64,000 nucleotides of DNA, taken from assembly GCA_963828255.1 (NCBI GenBank), contig CAWHDZ010000023.1:1-64000 (forward strand). Reading direction: 5' to 3'. Both the position numbers and the translations under genes were made by a program. This document shows, one piece after another, positions 52,510-61,898 of the stretch (its first letter is position 1; every line of letters starts with the position of its first letter). The notes beneath the pieces were generated by a model. That model did not search any database. It worked only from the letters and a program-made list of their open reading frames with translations, and was not told the DNA's origin. This DNA comes from an uncultured delta proteobacterium (GTDB taxonomy: Bacteria > Myxococcota > Myxococcia > Myxococcales > Anaeromyxobacteraceae).

Positions 52510-53082
52510 GTGGCCCGTTTCCTCGCTCTCCTCGCCGCCCTCGCTCTCGCCGCGCCCGAGTCCGGGCTCGCCGAGGATGCCCCTTCGGCGCCCCCCGCCG
52601 CTCCGGCCGCCGCGGAGAAGGCGGCCGCCGCCCCCACCCAGACCGTCGAGATCATGGTGGGAGAGGTGGGGACCCTCCCGTACAACCGGACTGCCTCCTA
52701 CGGCCCGGGGCGGGTCCGCGGTCCCAAGGTGAACCTCACGGACAATGGAAACGGGGAGTGGAAGGGCAACATCAAGGACCTGGACGGCGTCTTCAAGGTC
52801 ACCGAGAACCGCATCTCCGGCGGCAACCTGAACATGGTGATGGATCGGGACGGCGAGGAGTGGACATGCCAGGGAACGGTGGAGGGCAAGCGGGTTCGCA
52901 TCGTGCTCTCGCCCGACGGGCTCGTGGCTCGCTACGACAACCGGTTCTACGACCTGAAGCGCGTGGCCCCCGACCTCTGGGCCACCCCCTCCGGCGGACC
53001 GGCCATCCGCGTGAAGGGAGACGCGGCGGGGAAGAGCCCGTACTACCCTCAGTTCATCTTCGCCCTGCTCGCCGTGCTCTGA
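52510..53082 (+). CDS. Secreted beta-rich hypothetical protein (paralog of 46087-46668)
   Basis: SD GGAGG, signal peptide, RVRGP/RISG/RVRI repeats, PQFIFALLAVL end. Confidence 0.8.
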   Translation: MARFLALLAALALAAPESGLAEDAPSAPPAAPAAAEKAAAAPTQTVEIMVGEVGTLPYNRTASYGPGRVRGPKVNLTDNGNGEWKGNIKDLDGVFKVTENRISGGNLNMVMDRDGEEWTCQGTVEGKRVRIVLSPDGLVARYDNRFYDLKRVAPDLWATPSGGPAIRVKGDAAGKSPYYPQFIFALLAVL

Positions 53083-53088
53083 CGCCGT

Positions 53089-53233
53089 TCATCGGTCCTT
53101 CTCGATGAGGTCCAGCATCGCTCCCTCGGACGCGTGCATGACCCTGCCGACGTCCTCGAACACCCGGTACGCCCCCGACCTCCATGGCCAGCTCGAGCCG
53201 GGCGATGTCGGCGCCATGGGGGAGAATTCGCAC
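53089..53233 (-). pseudogene. Possible gene remnant just downstream of selC
   Basis: Codon-biased reading HGADIARLELAMEVG / YRVFEDVGRVMHASEGAMLDLIEKDR* joined across a G5 run. Confidence 0.35.
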
Positions 53234-53259
53234 TCACCGGCGACGAGCGCGTCAAGGGA

Positions 53260-53355
53260 CGGCGGGACAGGGGAATCGGACCCCCCAGGAGCGCCTCTCG
53301 GCACCCCTCACCGGTTTTGAAGACCGGGCCCGGCACCAGCCTGGGACGTCCCGCC
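53260..53355 (-). tRNA. selC: tRNA-Sec (anticodon UCA)
   Basis: 8-bp acceptor GGCGGGAC/GTCCCGCC, D-arm with 4-nt loop, CCGGT-CT TCA AA-ACCGG anticodon arm, 9-bp variable arm, 5-bp T stem, G discriminator; CCA not encoded. Confidence 0.93.
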
Positions 53356-53362
53356 GCCGACC

Positions 53363-53391
53363 GGTGTATCGGCCCGACGGGGCCGGGTCAA
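53363..53391 (-). promoter_or_regulatory. Putative sigma-70 promoter of selC
   Basis: TTGACC (53391-53386), 17 nt, TACACC (53368-53363), 7 nt before tRNA G1; overlaps the upstream stop codon. Confidence 0.6.
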
Positions 53392-54904
53392 GGCGTCGAG
53401 GCGCCCCACGGTGCGAGGCGCAGCGCCGCGGCCTCGTGCGGCATGACCCGGCGCAGCACGCGGAAGTACTGCATGGGGGAGTAGAAGACGAAGTTGGAGG
53501 CCCGGCTCGTGTACACGCAGGCGTAGTCCTCGATCTGCTCGCCGATGCGGGAGTTCTCGCTCCCCTCCTTGAAGGTGAGCCCCCAGTAGGGGTTGTAGCC
53601 GCTCTCGATGCTGGCCTGCAGCCCGGCCACGCGGCCGTTGGCGTCGCGCAGCGCGGCGCGGAGCGACTCGAGCTCCCGCTTCAGCCGCACGCGCTCGGCT
53701 TCCATCGTGGGGCGGGACGGGTCCCCAGCGTTCAGCCGATCGAGCCGCCGCTCCACGGCGTTCAGCGCCGCCCGGTGCGCGGCCGACTCGTCGTCGACCC
53801 TGAGTCGAAGCTCCTCCAGCCCGGCCACCTCCTCCAGGTCGGCGCGGTGCTGGTCGAGCCAGTCGATCTCCCGCTCCAGTTCCTCGATGACGAGGCAGGT
53901 GCGCCACTGCGAGCTCTTCTTCGAGCGCAGGATGTCGCCGTAGATGTGGTCGCCGACGTAGAGGACGCGATCCCCCCGGCCCCGAGCAGCTTCTCCAGCT
54001 CTCCCCGGTTCCCGCCCGCGTAGGTGCGGCCGCGCTCGAGGACCCGGACCTCCCCGGGGATCGGCGCCCCCGCCTCGTCGAGCTCGACGAAGGGGGAGCT
54101 CGAGGAGAAGAAGCCGGGCTTCCCCGAGGCCGTCATCACCGCGTCGAAGTAGTTGCGCCAGCTCGGGTACTCGGGGAGCACGCCGTCGAGCACGTGGCGC
54201 ATCACCGCCTCGGTGTAGTCGAGGTGGGAGTTGGTGAGCAGGAAGAGCCTCTTCCCCGCGGACCGCAGCTTGTGGAGCGCCGGCCCCAGCTCCGGGTCGC
54301 GGACGATGAAGCGGGCCAGGTCGGCCTTCACGCGGGTCTTCAGGGTCCCGTCGGCGTGGATCTGATCCATCGACTCGCGGATGTCGGTGAAGAGCCGGTC
54401 GTAGTCGACCTTCTTCCCGGCCGCCTCCTCGAGGTCGATGACCTGCGCGAAGAGCGCGGCCTCGGGGAGTGCGAAGAGGGTGTCGATCCAGGCGAAGCGG
54501 GGCGTCGAGAAGGCGACCCGCTCGTCCCGGTAGAGCCGGTAGCGCTCCTCCTTCGGCACGGCGGCGAGGCCGTGGTAGGCCCGGCCGACGTGGTTGTGCC
54601 GGTCCATCTTGCAGATGTTCCCGGTGAGCTTGTCCACGACGAGGCCGCGGATGACGAAGGCCGACAGGTAGCGGAGCTCGCGCAGCCGCTCCGGCCAGCC
54701 GCGCCGCTCGACCATCCGCTCGACGGTCATGTCGTAGGCCAGCTCCTCGAGCTGGAGCAGGTGGTAGATGGCCAGCGTGTAGTCCATGTCGAAGCCGACC
54801 ACCTCGATCTTGTCCAGCCGGAGGTTCCGGTTGACGAAGATCTGGCGCGAGGCAGGGACGTCCCGGCCTCCGGCCCGCGGGCCGTCCAGGATGGTCCGGA
54901 CCAC
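53388..54904 (-). pseudogene. HAD-IG family 5'-nucleotidase, frameshifted near 53975 (probable sequencing error)
   Basis: IFVNRNL, GFDMDYTL, LFLLTNS, KPGFF, then YVGDHIYGDI in another frame after a G6 run; start may be ATG 54974 via a further shift. Confidence 0.9.
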
Positions 54905-55050
54905 CGGGTCGAGGTAGGCGGCGCTCAGCGCCGGGCAGGGGCTCGTTTCCGGCCAGATCTTCGCGTCCGGGCATCCGAGGGAAGTAGCACGGGGGTGGCC
55001 CCGGGGCGGAGGATCCTTGCGCGCCGTCGGGGGTGTGGCAGGCTCCGAGG

Positions 55051-55302
55051 GTGCCGGTTTCCACGCGATCCCCGCGCCCCCCGGGGCGCCGCCGCAAGCT
55101 CGGTCCCAGCGTGGGCGAGCTGGTCGAGCGGCTCGTCGCGCTCGAGGAGCGTCTGACCCGCGTCGAGGAGGGCAAGGCGCCCCCGGGCGACGGGCGGAGC
55201 GCCTCGAAGCCGGTGGCGCGCCCCCCGCACCGCTGCATCGGGTGCGGGCTGCCCCTGCGGAAGCAGGCCGGGCGCTGCCGGTGGTGCGGACGGCCGCTGT
55301 GA
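55051..55302 (+). CDS. Small coiled-coil plus Zn-ribbon protein
   Basis: ELVERLVALEERLTRVE; CIGC..CRWC; stop overlaps the next start (GTGA); start uncertain. Confidence 0.65.
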   Translation: MPVSTRSPRPPGRRRKLGPSVGELVERLVALEERLTRVEEGKAPPGDGRSASKPVARPPHRCIGCGLPLRKQAGRCRWCGRPL

Positions 55303-56564
55303 TCCCGCTGGATCTCGGCCCGGTCGTCGCCCATACCCTGGCGAACGGCCTGCGCGTCCGCGTGCTCCCCGACCGGCTCGTCCCGGCGGTGAGCTACTAC
55401 ACCTTCTTCGGGGTGGGCTCCCGCAACGAGCGCCCCGGCATCACCGGGATCAGCCACCTCTTCGAGCACATGATGTTCAACGGCTCGGAGCGGTACGGAC
55501 CGAAGGAGTTCGACCGGGTCCTCGAGGCCCACGGCGGCGCCTCCAACGCCTACACCTCCAACGACGTCACCGCCTACCACGACGACTTCGCGACCGACGC
55601 GCTCCCGGTGGTGATCGATCTGGAGAGCGATCGGATGCGGGCGCTTCGCATCACGGTGGAGGCGCTCGACCAGGAGCGCTCGGTCGTCATGGAGGAGCGG
55701 CGGCTGCGGACCGAGAACTCCCACTTCGGCCTGCTCGAGGAGCAGCTCGAGTCGCTGGTCTTCCAGGCCCACCCGTACCGCTGGCCGGTCATCGGCTGGA
55801 TGGACGACATCGCGCGCATCGGGCGCGAGGACTGCCTCGCGTTCTTCCGGACCTACTACGCGCCGGGGAACGCCTCGATCTACGTTTGCGGCGACGTGGA
55901 CCCGGACGATCTGCTGCGCCGGATCGAGGCGGCCTACGGCCCGATTCCCGCCGGTCCCCCGGTTCCGTCCCCGATCGGCGGGGAGCCGCCCCAGCGCGGG
56001 GAGCGGCGGGCGAGCATCCGCCACCCTGCGCACGCCTCGGCGATGCTGGCCGGCTTCCGTGGGCCCGCCGCGCGGGACCCGGACACCGCGGTGCTCGACG
56101 TCCTCCAGGCCTGCCTGGCCTCGGGGGAGGGCTCCCGGCTGCGCCGGAGCCTCGTCCAGGACCAGGAGGTGGCGGTCTCGGTCGGCGTGGGGTTCACCTG
56201 GCGCGCCGACCCGGGAGTGTTCCTGGTGTCGATGGAGCTCGCGCCGGGCGCCTCGCAGCGCAAGGCCGAGGGCGCCCTCTGGGCGGAGATCGACCGGGTC
56301 GCCTCGCGCGGGGTGGCGGAGCGCGAGCTGTCCCGGGCCCGGGCCCTGCTCCGCAGCAGCACGCTTCACGAGTTCTCCACCCGCAACGGGGTGGCCCACG
56401 CGCTCGGGCAGGCCGAGGCGCTGCTCGGCGACTGGCGCGAGGCGGGGAAGTCCCTGGAGCGGTACCAGGCCGTCACGCGGGAGGACGTCCGGCGGGCGGC
56501 CCGGGAGTGGCTCGCGCCGGCGCACCGGAACGTGGTCTGGCTCGACCCGCAGGACGTGTCGTGA
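55299..56564 (+). CDS. M16 family zinc peptidase, catalytic subunit
   Basis: GSRNE..GISHLFEHMMF (HxxEH), NAYTSND, HPYRWPVIG. Confidence 0.95.
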   Translation: MIPLDLGPVVAHTLANGLRVRVLPDRLVPAVSYYTFFGVGSRNERPGITGISHLFEHMMFNGSERYGPKEFDRVLEAHGGASNAYTSNDVTAYHDDFATDALPVVIDLESDRMRALRITVEALDQERSVVMEERRLRTENSHFGLLEEQLESLVFQAHPYRWPVIGWMDDIARIGREDCLAFFRTYYAPGNASIYVCGDVDPDDLLRRIEAAYGPIPAGPPVPSPIGGEPPQRGERRASIRHPAHASAMLAGFRGPAARDPDTAVLDVLQACLASGEGSRLRRSLVQDQEVAVSVGVGFTWRADPGVFLVSMELAPGASQRKAEGALWAEIDRVASRGVAERELSRARALLRSSTLHEFSTRNGVAHALGQAEALLGDWREAGKSLERYQAVTREDVRRAAREWLAPAHRNVVWLDPQDVS

Positions 56565-57877
56565 CCGGCGTCGTCCTGCCCGAGATGCGCGAGGCGCGGC
56601 TCGGTAGCGGCCTGCGCGTGGTGGTGGCGCGTCGTCCAGGCGTCCCGCTGGCCGCCGCACGCCTCGCGGTCCGGGCGGGCTCCGCGCTCGATCCAGAAGG
56701 CGCCTTCGGCCTCGCCCATCTCGTCGCCATCTCGGCGCGGCGCGGCGCCGGTCGCCGGAGCGGCCGGGCCATCGACGACCTCGTCGAGTCGCTCGGCGCG
56801 AACCTGGCCGGGGGGGCCGAGGAGGACGCCTCGGTCCACGGGCTGTCGGCGCCGGTCGAGGTCCTCCCGCGCCTGCTGGAGGTCCTGGCGGCGGTGGTCG
56901 CACGGCCGACCTTCCCCCTTGCCGAGTTCGAGAGGCTCCGGCGCAGCGAGCGGGCCGAGCTGGCCCACGACGCCGACGAGGCCGCCACCGTCGCCGACCG
57001 CGCGCTCCTCGAGGCGGTCTACGCCGGCCATCCCTACGGCCATCCGGTGGAAGGGCGTGGCCAGGACCTGGGCAAGATCCGGCGCAGGGACGCGGAGGCG
57101 TTCCACGGGTGCTGGTTCGGACCCGGGTCGGCGCTGCTGGTGGTCTCCGGACCGGTCGATCCCGGCGCCACGGTCGAGGAGGCCGAGCGACGCCTGGGGG
57201 CCTGGAAGCCGGCGCCGGCCACCCCCGACGAGATCGGCGCCGCCATTCGCCGTCCGCGACGGGTGGTGGTCGTGGACAAGCCGGACGCGTCGCAGGTGCA
57301 GATCCGCATCGGCGGGGTGGCCATCCCGCGCCGGAGCCCCGATTACTTTCCCGCGCTGGTCGGCAACACGGTCCTCGGCGGCGGCTTCACCTCCCGTCTC
57401 GTCGAGGCCATCCGGGTGAACCGCGGCCTCACCTACGGGGTGCGCTCCCGATTCGGCGTGGGGCGTTCCACCGGCATCTTCGCCGTCTCCAGCTTCACCA
57501 AGAACGAGACCGCGGGCGAGCTCGTCGAGGTGGCGCTCGAGGAGATGGCCCGCTTCGCGGCGTCCGGCCCCACCGGGGAGGAGATCACCCGGGGTTCGAG
57601 CTACCTGGCGGGACTCTTCCCGCTCTCGCTCGAGACCCACGACCAGTGGGCCGACCGGATCGTCGACGCCTGGATCTACGGCTACGAGGTGGACGAGGTC
57701 CGCGGGTACCAGGAGCGCATCCGGGCGGTCACGCCGGAGCAGGCGCAGGCGGCCACGGCGCGCCACCTCCCCATCGACGACGGCGTGGTCCTCGCGGTGG
57801 GGCCGGCGGGTCCGCTGGAGAAGCAGCTGGCCCGCTTCGGACCGGTCGAGGTCTGGCCGGTCCGGCGGGTCATGTGA
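56561..57877 (+). CDS. M16 family peptidase, non-catalytic partner subunit
   Basis: HxxEH replaced by HLVAI; LGGGFTSRL..IRVNRGLTYG (R/Y pair). Confidence 0.92.
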   Translation: MTGVVLPEMREARLGSGLRVVVARRPGVPLAAARLAVRAGSALDPEGAFGLAHLVAISARRGAGRRSGRAIDDLVESLGANLAGGAEEDASVHGLSAPVEVLPRLLEVLAAVVARPTFPLAEFERLRRSERAELAHDADEAATVADRALLEAVYAGHPYGHPVEGRGQDLGKIRRRDAEAFHGCWFGPGSALLVVSGPVDPGATVEEAERRLGAWKPAPATPDEIGAAIRRPRRVVVVDKPDASQVQIRIGGVAIPRRSPDYFPALVGNTVLGGGFTSRLVEAIRVNRGLTYGVRSRFGVGRSTGIFAVSSFTKNETAGELVEVALEEMARFAASGPTGEEITRGSSYLAGLFPLSLETHDQWADRIVDAWIYGYEVDEVRGYQERIRAVTPEQAQAATARHLPIDDGVVLAVGPAGPLEKQLARFGPVEVWPVRRVM

Positions 57878-58557
57878 ACCTCCCGGTCCTGCTCGAGGAC
57901 CCGCACCTCGTCGCGGTGGCCAAGCCGCCGGGGAGCATCGTCGTCCCGGGGCGGGGCGCGCCGGAGCGGACCGTCCGCGAGGAGGCCGAGGCGATCCTGG
58001 GGCCGCTCTGGGTGGTCCACCGGCTCGACCGCGGCACGAGCGGCGTGCTGCTCCTGGCCCGCAGCGCCGACGTCCACCGCAGTCTCTGCACCCTCTTCGA
58101 GCGGCACCAGGTCTCGAAGCGCTACCTGGCCCTCGTCCGGGGAGCGGTGACCGGCGACCTGCGCGTGGACGTCCCGGTCGCTCCAGGCCGCAAGGGGAGG
58201 ATGCGGGCCGGGGAGGGGCTTCCAGGGGCGCGCCCCTCGACGACCTTCGTCCGCCCGGTGCTCTCCTTCGGCGCCGCCGCCACCCTGGTGGAGGCATACC
58301 CGGCCTCGGGCCGGACCCACCAGGTGCGCGTCCACCTCGCCCACACCGGACACCCCCTGCTCGTGGACCCGGACTACGGGGAGCCCGCGCCGTGGCGCGC
58401 GCCAGGCGGGAGCGCCGCGCTCGACCGGACGCCGCTCCACGCCGCCTCGCTCGAGTTCCTCCACCCGGTCACGGGCCAGCCGACCCGCGTGGACGCGCCG
58501 CTGCCAGCCGACATGCAGTCGGCGATCGAGGCCCTTCAGGCGTCGAAGAGCGGCTGA
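57874..58557 (+). CDS. RluA-family pseudouridine synthase (no S4 domain)
   Basis: KPPG, HRLDRGTSG, GRTHQVRVH, LHA. Confidence 0.92.
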   Translation: MNLPVLLEDPHLVAVAKPPGSIVVPGRGAPERTVREEAEAILGPLWVVHRLDRGTSGVLLLARSADVHRSLCTLFERHQVSKRYLALVRGAVTGDLRVDVPVAPGRKGRMRAGEGLPGARPSTTFVRPVLSFGAAATLVEAYPASGRTHQVRVHLAHTGHPLLVDPDYGEPAPWRAPGGSAALDRTPLHAASLEFLHPVTGQPTRVDAPLPADMQSAIEALQASKSG

Positions 58558-59714
58558 CCTCGCTCGAAGGTCCGGATGGCGAAGGCGCAGACCACCAGCG
58601 CCAGGACCAGGGACGACCCGGTGGCGAGGAGCGCCTGGGACTGGACCAGCGGCGTCCCGCGCACCAGCTCGTTCACGATCATCTGCTGGCCCAGGAAGGG
58701 CACCGCGTAGAGCCAGGCGGGCGGACGCGCCGACTGGAAGGCCAGCGCCATGCCGGGCAGCGAGGGGACCAGCATGAGCAGGGAGAGCGACGTCTGCGCG
58801 GCGCGGAAGGTGCGGGCCCGGGCGGCGAAGATCACCATCAGCGCGGCGGCCACCAGCACGATGGGAAGGCAGAGCAGGAAGGTGGTGAGGAGCATCCCCG
58901 GGTCGAGCTGGACCGAGAAGCCGATGCGGGTGGACGGGACCGCAAGCGGGACGATGCCGAAGCCGATCAGGGTCTCCGCAAGGGTGGCCATCCCGAAGAA
59001 CCCGGAGGCGCAGATCTTGGCGAGGACCAGCGAGGAGCGCGGGACGGGAGCGGCGAAGAGCGGCTCGAGCGACTGGCGCTCCCGTTCACCCGCAGTGACA
59101 TCGATGGCGATGGGCATCCCGCCGGTGAACATGGCCATGACCAGGAAGAAGGGGATGGTTGCGAGGAGCATGGCGGCGCGGCTGGCCGGGGTGGAGACGT
59201 CCTCCCGCTCGACGGCGAGCGGCTCGATCACCCCGGGGTGGATGCCCCGGACGATGAGCCGCTGCGCGGCCACCTGCTGCGACCAGGCCGCGAGCAGCCG
59301 CTCGGCCGTGGCGGCGGCCGGCCGCGCCTGGTGGCGGGATTCGTCGAGGATGAGCCGGACCGGTGCGGGCTGGCCGGCGCGGAGCTTCTCGCCGAAATCG
59401 GGCGGGATGACGATGACCACCGGCACGTCGCCCCGGCGCACCGCCTCGACCGGGTCGGCGGGGGCGTCCACCACCCGCGCCCCCTGCTCCAGCAGCGCGA
59501 CCAGGTTCGGCGCGTTCTCGCGCCCGGCCACCGGGATGGCGACCCCCTTCTCGTCGGCCTGCCGGGACGAGTCGGAGACCAGGTAGAGCATGACGATGAC
59601 CAGGATGGGGCCCAGCACCGGGAAGAAGAGGGCGGTGACGAGCGCCTTGCGATCGCGAACGCCCTCGCGGAGCTCCTTGGCGAGGACGACCCAGAACGAG
59701 GAGAGCCAGCTCAC
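58536..59714 (-). CDS. ABC-2 permease (NatB-like)
   Basis: KELREGVRD, AGERERQSLEPL, 6 TMs. Confidence 0.9.
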   Translation of the reverse strand: MSWLSSFWVVLAKELREGVRDRKALVTALFFPVLGPILVIVMLYLVSDSSRQADEKGVAIPVAGRENAPNLVALLEQGARVVDAPADPVEAVRRGDVPVVIVIPPDFGEKLRAGQPAPVRLILDESRHQARPAAATAERLLAAWSQQVAAQRLIVRGIHPGVIEPLAVEREDVSTPASRAAMLLATIPFFLVMAMFTGGMPIAIDVTAGERERQSLEPLFAAPVPRSSLVLAKICASGFFGMATLAETLIGFGIVPLAVPSTRIGFSVQLDPGMLLTTFLLCLPIVLVAAALMVIFAARARTFRAAQTSLSLLMLVPSLPGMALAFQSARPPAWLYAVPFLGQQMIVNELVRGTPLVQSQALLATGSSLVLALVVCAFAIRTFERGQPLFDA

Positions 59715-60442
59715 GCGAGACCCTCCTCGGAGCCGATGGCCGCCACGAAGGCGTCCTCCAGGCTCTCCTTCCCGGTCTGCCGGCGGAGGTCGTCGGGGGT
59801 TCCCTCCGCCACCACCGCCCCGCGGGCGATCACCACCACCCGGTCGCAGAGTGCCGAGACCTCCTGCATGACGTGGGACGAGAAGAGGATGCAGCGCCCC
59901 TGGTCGCGCAGCTGCCGGAGCAGCGTCCGGACCTGCCGGGTGGCGGCCACGTCGAGGCCGTTGGTGGGCTCGTCGAGGACCACGTTGCGCGGGTCGTGGA
60001 CCAGGGATTGGGCCAGCGCCACCTTCACCCGCTGTCCCTGCGAGAAGCCCTCGGTCCTCCGGTCGGCGATGTCCTCCATTCCGAGGGCGGCCACGAGCTC
60101 GTCGGCGCGCGCCCGCAGCGCCTCCCCGGAGAGTCCGTGCATCCGGCCGAAGTAGAGGATGTGCTCGCGCGCAGTGAGCCGGGTGTAGAGCCCCTGCGCG
60201 TGCGGGAAGACGCCGAGCCGCCTCTGGGCCCCGAGCCGATCGGTCGACAGGTCGATCCCGTCCACCGAGGCCACGCCCGCGTCGGGGCGGAGCACGCCAT
60301 AGACGATGCGCAGCGCCGTGGTCTTGCCCGCGCCGTTGGGGCCGAGGAGGCCGGTGACCTGCCCGTCGGGGACCTCGAAGGAGATGCCGCCGAGTGCGCG
60401 GACGTCACCGAAGGATTTGGAGACCGCGTCGAGGCGGATCAC
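59711..60442 (-). CDS. ABC ATP-binding protein (NatA-like)
   Basis: GPNGAGKTT, FSQGQ, LDEPTNGLD, SSHVMQE. Confidence 0.93.
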   Translation of the reverse strand: MIRLDAVSKSFGDVRALGGISFEVPDGQVTGLLGPNGAGKTTALRIVYGVLRPDAGVASVDGIDLSTDRLGAQRRLGVFPHAQGLYTRLTAREHILYFGRMHGLSGEALRARADELVAALGMEDIADRRTEGFSQGQRVKVALAQSLVHDPRNVVLDEPTNGLDVAATRQVRTLLRQLRDQGRCILFSSHVMQEVSALCDRVVVIARGAVVAEGTPDDLRRQTGKESLEDAFVAAIGSEEGLA

Positions 60443-61898
60443 GGAGATCCTCCCTGGAGGTCGAGGAAGATGGGGGAGGGGCGCAGCCGGTCCAGGCAGG
60501 AGACGTCGAGCCCGTCGGCGCTGCCCTGTTTCACGAACTCGGCGACGATGCGGGGGATGCAACCCCGGGCGAAGACGCCGTGCCCCTGCCCGGGGACGGT
60601 GATGCGCCGGGAGGCGGGGAGAGTGGCCGCGGCCAGGTCGGCCCAGCGGGGCGGGGTGACCGGGTCGGCCTCGCCGGAGAGCAGGAGCGCCGGGACCTCC
60701 ATGCGCGGCGCCTCGTGGAACGCGGGGTCGAGCGGCGCGCGCGGCCACTCGGCGCACAGGCCACGGAAGGCCTCCCGGGCGCCGTTGCCGAGGAACGTGG
60801 GTGCCGCGCCGGGGGCCGGATTGGCGTAGAGGGGGACGTCCTCCGAGCAGAGCACCGAGAGCTGCAGCGGCCGGGACATGCCGGCCTGGATGTCGGTGAC
60901 CGCCAGGATGCCCTGTGCGGCGAGCGGGGCGAGGTCGCCCTGCCGGGCCTGGCGGATGAGGGGGGGAGGAGGGCGGTGGTCTCCGGGGCGTAGAGGAAGG
61001 CGAGCGCCACTTGCCGGAGCGCGTCGCCGTCCACCGTGAGGTCGATCGGCTCGCCGGTGACCGGGTGGCGGGCCCGGACCTTCTCCGGCTTCGCGTCGAG
61101 GCGGACGATGAGGTCCCGGAAGTCCTTCTCGAGGTCGGGGTAGCGCTCCCGGCAGGCGGGCTCGTCGGCGCAGCGGGCGAAGAGGCGCCAGAGGGCCGCC
61201 TCCGAGTCCACGTCGAAGTCGGCGCCCACGATCATCTGGAAGGGGACGACCCCGTCGAGGACCATGGTGCGAACCCGGTCCGGGTGGGCCCGGGCGTAGG
61301 CGAGCGCCGCCCGGGTGCCGTAGCTGAATCCGACCAGGTTCAGCCTCTCGTAGCCGAGCGCGGCGCGCACGGCGTCGAGGTCCCGCACGTGGTCGCCGGT
61401 GCCGTACCGGGTGAGATCCACGGGGAGCGAGCGTGCGCACTGCCCGGCGACCCGGCCGGCCTCGGCGGGGAGGAGCTCGACGTCCCGGTCGGCCCTCCCG
61501 ATCTTCGGGCAGGAGAGGAGGCCAGAGCCGCCCGTGCCCCGCTGGTCCACGAGGACGATGTCCCGCTCGCGGTGGAGCCGGTCGAAGGCGGCGGCGATGC
61601 GCGGGTAGACCTCGGTGATGGACTGCCCGGGGCCGCCGGCCAGGACGAAGACCGGGTCGGGCTTCGAGGACGGGTTCTCGGAGGGGAGGACGGCCACGCG
61701 CAGCGTGATCTTCCTGCCCTCCGGCTTGCCCGGGTCCTCCGGGACGTCGAGGGTCCCGCAGCGCGCCGGGATGCGGACCGCGGCGATCGGGTGGGCGAGC
61801 TGGCAGGCGGCGAGGACGATGCCCTTGCCGGGGGGCGCTGCGGAGGCTGGGCCTCCGGCGAGCAGCACCAGTGCGGCCAGTGCGGCGCGTCGGTTCAT
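60439..61898 (-). pseudogene. Secreted TAP-like alpha/beta hydrolase (peptidase S33-like), frameshifted near 60963
   Basis: GGPGQS, DQRGTG, GFSYGT, then DPVTP and GQGH in another frame after a C7 run. Confidence 0.88.

Noticed and set aside
53049..53484. Small ORFs overlapping 53260-53355
   Set aside because: The sequence is explained by the tRNA-Sec cloverleaf and its promoter.
53388..56903. 1171-aa minus-strand ORF
   Set aside because: Only its last ~195 aa are real (nucleotidase C-terminus); the rest is off-frame or antisense to the M16 genes.
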